DNA of 64,000 nucleotides from an uncultured cyanobacterium (GTDB lineage: Bacteria; Cyanobacteriota; Cyanobacteriia; Cyanobacteriales; CAWCAG01): the NCBI GenBank assembly GCA_963803805.1, contig CAWDOD010000008.1, positions 32,001 through 96,000 of the forward strand. The letters run 5' to 3'. A program made the translations under genes and the position numbers. Position 1 is the first letter of the stretch; every line of letters starts with the position of its first letter. The notes below the pieces were generated by a model. That model had not been told where the DNA came from. It searched no databases and worked only from the letters and a program-made list of their open reading frames with translations. Positions 59,901-64,000 of this stretch are shown one piece after another.

Positions 59901-60031
59901 AGATCAGTTTTTTCTAAAACCCCTAACATTTTTCTAAAACCATCAACAAGTCTATGTTATTCGCTCTTAAAATTTGGCATCGTGGTACTTACAATATTAA
60001 AGGACTGTTTTATTCTTCCTATTCTGAATTA

Positions 60032-60628
60032 GTGAAAGTTCCTACCTTCGTCTTAGCCTCTGCCTCCCCTGCCCGACGCAAAATACTTGCAGATGCAGGT
60101 ATTAAAATTATTGTTCGTAAAAGCGACTTTGATGAATCCCAAGTTAATCTTAAAGATCCTCGCCCTTTAGTAGAAACTTTAGCTGTACGCAAAGCCGAAA
60201 CTGTTGCCCGTCAGTTTGAGGATGCCTTAGTTTTAGGTTGTGATTCTGTACTAGCTTTAGATGGGGAAATTTATGGTAAACCGGAATCTCCTCAAATTGC
60301 GATCGCCCGATGGCAAAAGATGCGCGGCAATAGCGGTTTGCTTTATACTGGCCATGCTCTTATCGACCAAAATAAACACCAAAAAGTAGTCCGGTGTGGT
60401 GTAACTAAAGTCTATTTCGCCAATATTAGCGATCGCCTCATTGAAGCTTATATTGCCACAGGGGAACCTTTAAATTGTGCAGGTTGTTTTGCTATTGATG
60501 GCAAGGGAGGATTGTTAGTAGAAAAGCTAGAAGGCTGTCACAACAATGTTATTGGTTTGAGTCTCCCTTTGTTACGGGAAATGTTAGAAAAACTGGGCTA
60601 TAAAATAGAAGATTTTTGGTTAAATTAA
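60032..60628 (+). CDS. maf: Maf family nucleoside triphosphate pyrophosphatase (probable GTG start at 60032)
   Basis: [28 protein letters not shown]. Confidence 0.93.
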   Translation: MKVPTFVLASASPARRKILADAGIKIIVRKSDFDESQVNLKDPRPLVETLAVRKAETVARQFEDALVLGCDSVLALDGEIYGKPESPQIAIARWQKMRGNSGLLYTGHALIDQNKHQKVVRCGVTKVYFANISDRLIEAYIATGEPLNCAGCFAIDGKGGLLVEKLEGCHNNVIGLSLPLLREMLEKLGYKIEDFWLN

Positions 60629-60638
60629 GGGCGAATTG

Positions 60639-60827
60639 TTAACATCCTAATTCTTCAAAATCAGGAGGAAGTACAAAGTTAGCTTGTTTATTTTCCGTTA
60701 AGGTTGGCTCATTTTCAGCCGTCTCTTCTAACTTAGCTAGTAAACTCTCCGCTTCAAGATCACCTTTTTCTGCTTGAAGTTGAAGATAATATCGCAATTC
60801 ATTAGTTAAAGTGTCAGGAATTTCCAT
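60639..60827 (-). CDS. Small acidic hypothetical protein
   Basis: 62 aa ORF directly downstream of and co-oriented with the Uma2 gene. Confidence 0.55.
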   Translation of the reverse strand: MEIPDTLTNELRYYLQLQAEKGDLEAESLLAKLEETAENEPTLTENKQANFVLPPDFEELGC

Positions 60828-60841
60828 AATGTTTAATGTTA

Positions 60842-61642
60842 TTAATTGCCGAGCTTTATGACTTGAGATTCAGACAAATCTGTTAAACTAGCTACCTGTT
60901 CCACAGTCATACCTTGTTCCAACAATTTCCTTGCCACCTGGTGTAACTGAGACTCTGCTTCATCTGCCCTTTGTTGTTCCTGATTAGCCCTTCTTTGTTC
61001 TTCCTCAGCCATTTCTTGAGGAGTAGGCAGCAATTCCCCATGCAAATTTGCCCAGCGTAACCAAGTTGCTTTAATACCTTTATAACTGCCTTGCCAACGC
61101 ACTAAACTTAAACCTAATCTTTGAGATACTAACTGATTTTGCTCATTAACTACTATGGGTTGATAGACACCATTTTGTAAACGAAATCCTGCCCAATCAT
61201 CTGGCTTAAAAGGGTCAAACCAGAAATATTCTGGTACACGCATTTGATTTTGATAAATCTGCTTTTTCTCTTTTTTGTCATACTTAGCAGTGGTTGCTGA
61301 CAAAAGTTCAATAACTACATCGGGGGCTTTTCCTTCTTCCCAAATTACCCAACTTCGACGCTCACCTTTAGGTACATCTAATGCTACAAAAACATCTGGC
61401 CCTTTATAATCTTTATTTTTAATTTGAGCCAAGCTGTAGTAAACAAACATATTACCACCCACATAGCCATTATCCCGATTATCTAACCAAGATGAGAGGC
61501 TATAAATGAGCAGATCCATTTGTGCCTTATGCCTTTCGCTTTCCATTGGTATACCATCATCATAGGGAAGATCAGCCTGAGTAGGGGGGGCCGTCACGGG
61601 CATTGATACTGTGGTTTCAGTGAGTATAAGCTGCTCTGACAT
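60842..61642 (-). CDS. Uma2 (DUF820) family PD-(D/E)xK endonuclease-like protein
   Basis: GPDVFV, PDVVIELLS, K..IY, VPEYFWFDP. Confidence 0.93.
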   Translation of the reverse strand: MSEQLILTETTVSMPVTAPPTQADLPYDDGIPMESERHKAQMDLLIYSLSSWLDNRDNGYVGGNMFVYYSLAQIKNKDYKGPDVFVALDVPKGERRSWVIWEEGKAPDVVIELLSATTAKYDKKEKKQIYQNQMRVPEYFWFDPFKPDDWAGFRLQNGVYQPIVVNEQNQLVSQRLGLSLVRWQGSYKGIKATWLRWANLHGELLPTPQEMAEEEQRRANQEQQRADEAESQLHQVARKLLEQGMTVEQVASLTDLSESQVIKLGN

Positions 61643-61732
61643 GACTTTCCAAAAATGTTAGTTTACCAGATGTGTACTACTTCTATGTTAACGGATACTG
61701 GTTTGAAGCAAATATCATTTTGTCTGAGATTA

Positions 61733-63118
61733 CTAACTTTTCTCTAGTAAAAATTTCAAGAATTTTAACTTCCCTTCATAAGGTGGATATTTTAATTTAA
61801 TATCTAACCAAAAAGGCTTTTTCAAAATACTTTTTTGATGAGAAAAAGCATCAAATCCGGCTTTACCATGATAACTTCCCATACCACTTGCCCCCACACC
61901 ACCAAAGGGTAATTCACAGGAGGCAACTTGGGAGATAGTGTCGTTAATACAAACTCCCCCAGAGGAAGTTTGTTCTAATACTTGTTTTTGTACTTGCTTA
62001 TCTTCAGAAAAAATGTACAAAGCTAAAGGTTTAGGTCGAGAATTAATCGCTGTGATGGCCTCTGTTAAATTCTCATATTCTATAATGGGTAAGATCGGAC
62101 CAAATATCTCTTCAGCCATAACTTCATCGTCCCAGTTTATCTGATCAATAATAGTAGGAGCAATATAGCGTTCTGCTGAATTAGTTTCTCCTCCCACTAC
62201 TATTTTTCCTTCTTTTAATAAGGCAGATAAGCGTTGAAAATGCCTGTCGCTAATGATACGACTATAATCTGGGCTAGTAGCTGGATTTTGCCCATAAAAT
62301 TCTTCCAGACATTTTTTTAGCGCAGTTAAGAATTGGCTTTTAATACTGCTATGAACTAAAAGATAATCTGGGGCAATACAAGTTTGTCCGGCGTTGATAA
62401 ATTTCCCCCAAGCGATTCTTTTAGCACTTATTTCTACATCTGTATTACTATCAACAATACAAGGACTTTTTCCTCCTAATTCTAAGGTTACAGGAGTTAA
62501 GTATTTAGCCGCAGCCTCCATAACAATTTTGCCTATGGCTGTACTACCTGTAAAAAAGATGTGATCAAACTTTTGTTTAAGTAATTCAGTAGAAACTTTC
62601 TTGTCTCCTTCAACTACGGTAATATATTCAGGAGGGAAGACTTTCTCTATTAGTTGGGCAATTATTTGGGAAGTATGACTAGCAATTTCCGAAGGTTTAA
62701 TAATGACACAATTCCCCGCAGCGATCGCACTAACTAAAGGTGCTATAGCTAATTGAAAAGGATAGTTCCAAGGACTAATAATTAAAACCACTCCTAAAGG
62801 TTCAGGAATTATGTGAGAAGAACCAGGTAAAAGAGCTAGAGGAGTGGCAACTTTTTGGGGCTTTGTCCAAGTTTTAAGATGCTTAAGGGCATGACTAATC
62901 TCCTTAATACATAAGCTTACTTCTGCGGCTAAAGATTCTAACTTTGGTCTTTTGAGGTCATTATACAAAGCTTGAGCTATTTCTTCTTCTTGGCTTTTAA
63001 TAGCTTGTTGAAGAGCTTTTAGCTGTTCAATCCTAAAAGTAAGGGAGCGAGTTTTTCCTGTCGCGAAAAAGCTCCTCTGCTGAGTGATAATTTCACTAGT
63101 AGCAACTTGAGTAATCAT
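61733..63118 (-). CDS. Aldehyde dehydrogenase (ALDH3-like)
   Basis: [39 protein letters not shown]. Confidence 0.96.
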   Translation of the reverse strand: MITQVATSEIITQQRSFFATGKTRSLTFRIEQLKALQQAIKSQEEEIAQALYNDLKRPKLESLAAEVSLCIKEISHALKHLKTWTKPQKVATPLALLPGSSHIIPEPLGVVLIISPWNYPFQLAIAPLVSAIAAGNCVIIKPSEIASHTSQIIAQLIEKVFPPEYITVVEGDKKVSTELLKQKFDHIFFTGSTAIGKIVMEAAAKYLTPVTLELGGKSPCIVDSNTDVEISAKRIAWGKFINAGQTCIAPDYLLVHSSIKSQFLTALKKCLEEFYGQNPATSPDYSRIISDRHFQRLSALLKEGKIVVGGETNSAERYIAPTIIDQINWDDEVMAEEIFGPILPIIEYENLTEAITAINSRPKPLALYIFSEDKQVQKQVLEQTSSGGVCINDTISQVASCELPFGGVGASGMGSYHGKAGFDAFSHQKSILKKPFWLDIKLKYPPYEGKLKFLKFLLEKS

Positions 63119-63220
63119 CTTATATAAAAACCCTTTGCTGAAACTTTATTTAAACTTTCTCTATTAGTTACTGTCTATTGCCTCAAGTCAACCTGACAAA
63201 TTTTTATGGCTTAATTCATT

Positions 63221-64000
63221 CTAACAAATGCTAGGTAAGCGAACAATAAACTCACTCCCTTTCCCTAACTCTGATTCTACTTCAATAGTTCCTTTGTGGG
63301 TTTCAAGAATACGACGAGAAAGATGTAATCCTAAACCACTACCAGAAAGATTATGATTGCCTTGACGGAATCTCTGAAAAAGATTTTTCTGCTCTTCTAG
63401 GGAAATACCAGGTCCAGTATCTTGAACTTTCACAACTACCCAGTTAGTGCCATCCTCTGGCTCAGTTTGTGTTAGTAATTCAATTTTTACAGAACCGCTA
63501 TCAGTAAACTTAATGCTATTACCAATTAAGTTAGTAAATACCCGACGTAACTCCAGATGATCTCCTTCTACAGGATTGTATTGTTGGTAAATTTTATAGT
63601 CAAGTTCTAAACCTTTTTCTTCAGCTAAGGGGGCAAGTTCCGGAACAATCTCGGCAATCAACTTATCTAAATTAATAACAGAAAAATGCAATTGCTTGCG
63701 CCCAGCTTCATAGCGATAAACCTCAAGCATTGTATTCACCATTTCTAGCAAATTACGGTTACTGCGGGCCATTACTGTAATCGCTTCTACCATATTAGGG
63801 GGTAAATCCCCTAAAGCACCCTGTTGAAACAAAGACAGCATTCGATCTGCTGCAACCAAAGGAGTACGCATATCGTGGGTAAGACGAGACACAAAATCTT
63901 CTCGCTGACGAGCAATCTGATCTCTTTCATCTACACTATGTTTAAGTCTCAGTAGCGATCGCACCCTAGCCAGTAATTCATCAACTTCTACTGGTTTACG
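63221..64000 (-). CDS. Hybrid response regulator/histidine kinase, 5' end outside window
   Basis: RKPVEVDELLARV receiver end; THDMRTPL H-box; NLIGNSIKF, DTGPG, GSGLGL. Confidence 0.92.
   Translation of the reverse strand, partial: RKPVEVDELLARVRSLLRLKHSVDERDQIARQREDFVSRLTHDMRTPLVAADRMLSLFQQGALGDLPPNMVEAITVMARSNRNLLEMVNTMLEVYRYEAGRKQLHFSVINLDKLIAEIVPELAPLAEEKGLELDYKIYQQYNPVEGDHLELRRVFTNLIGNSIKFTDSGSVKIELLTQTEPEDGTNWVVVKVQDTGPGISLEEQKNLFQRFRQGNHNLSGSGLGLHLSRRILETHKGTIEVESELGKGSEFIVRLPSIC

Overview
Cyanobacterial chromosomal segment, mostly about 40% GC by eye, with roughly 40 HIP1 octamers (GCGATCGC), heptamer tandem repeats and photosynthesis/NDH-1 genes. Housekeeping genes include rseP, nth, rpsN, aat, ndhA-I-G-E, cbiX, menB, pilD, dnaG, accD, psbP and maf. 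Accessory material: (i) a ~2 kb high-GC island with convergent sbtA/sbtB; (ii) signalling and surface proteins (NarX/PilJ-like soluble histidine kinase, FHA-CHAT protein, CHASE2 cyclase, Ser/Thr kinases, a 12-TPR lipoprotein, a PEP-CTERM protein with a 27-bp VNTR); (iii) an intact ISAzo13-family element and an internally deleted IS4 relic; (iv) several families of REP/REPIN-like palindromic elements, one amplified into a 3 x 216 bp tandem array that captured a gene 3' end; (v) several decayed genes (COP23 with a nonsense codon, an internally deleted kinase, a gutted protease domain, a truncated aspartyl-protease start). No rRNA, tRNA, CRISPR array, prophage or reverse transcriptase was seen. 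All family assignments come from motif recognition by eye, not database searches. No single clearly novel multi-gene system could be demonstrated.
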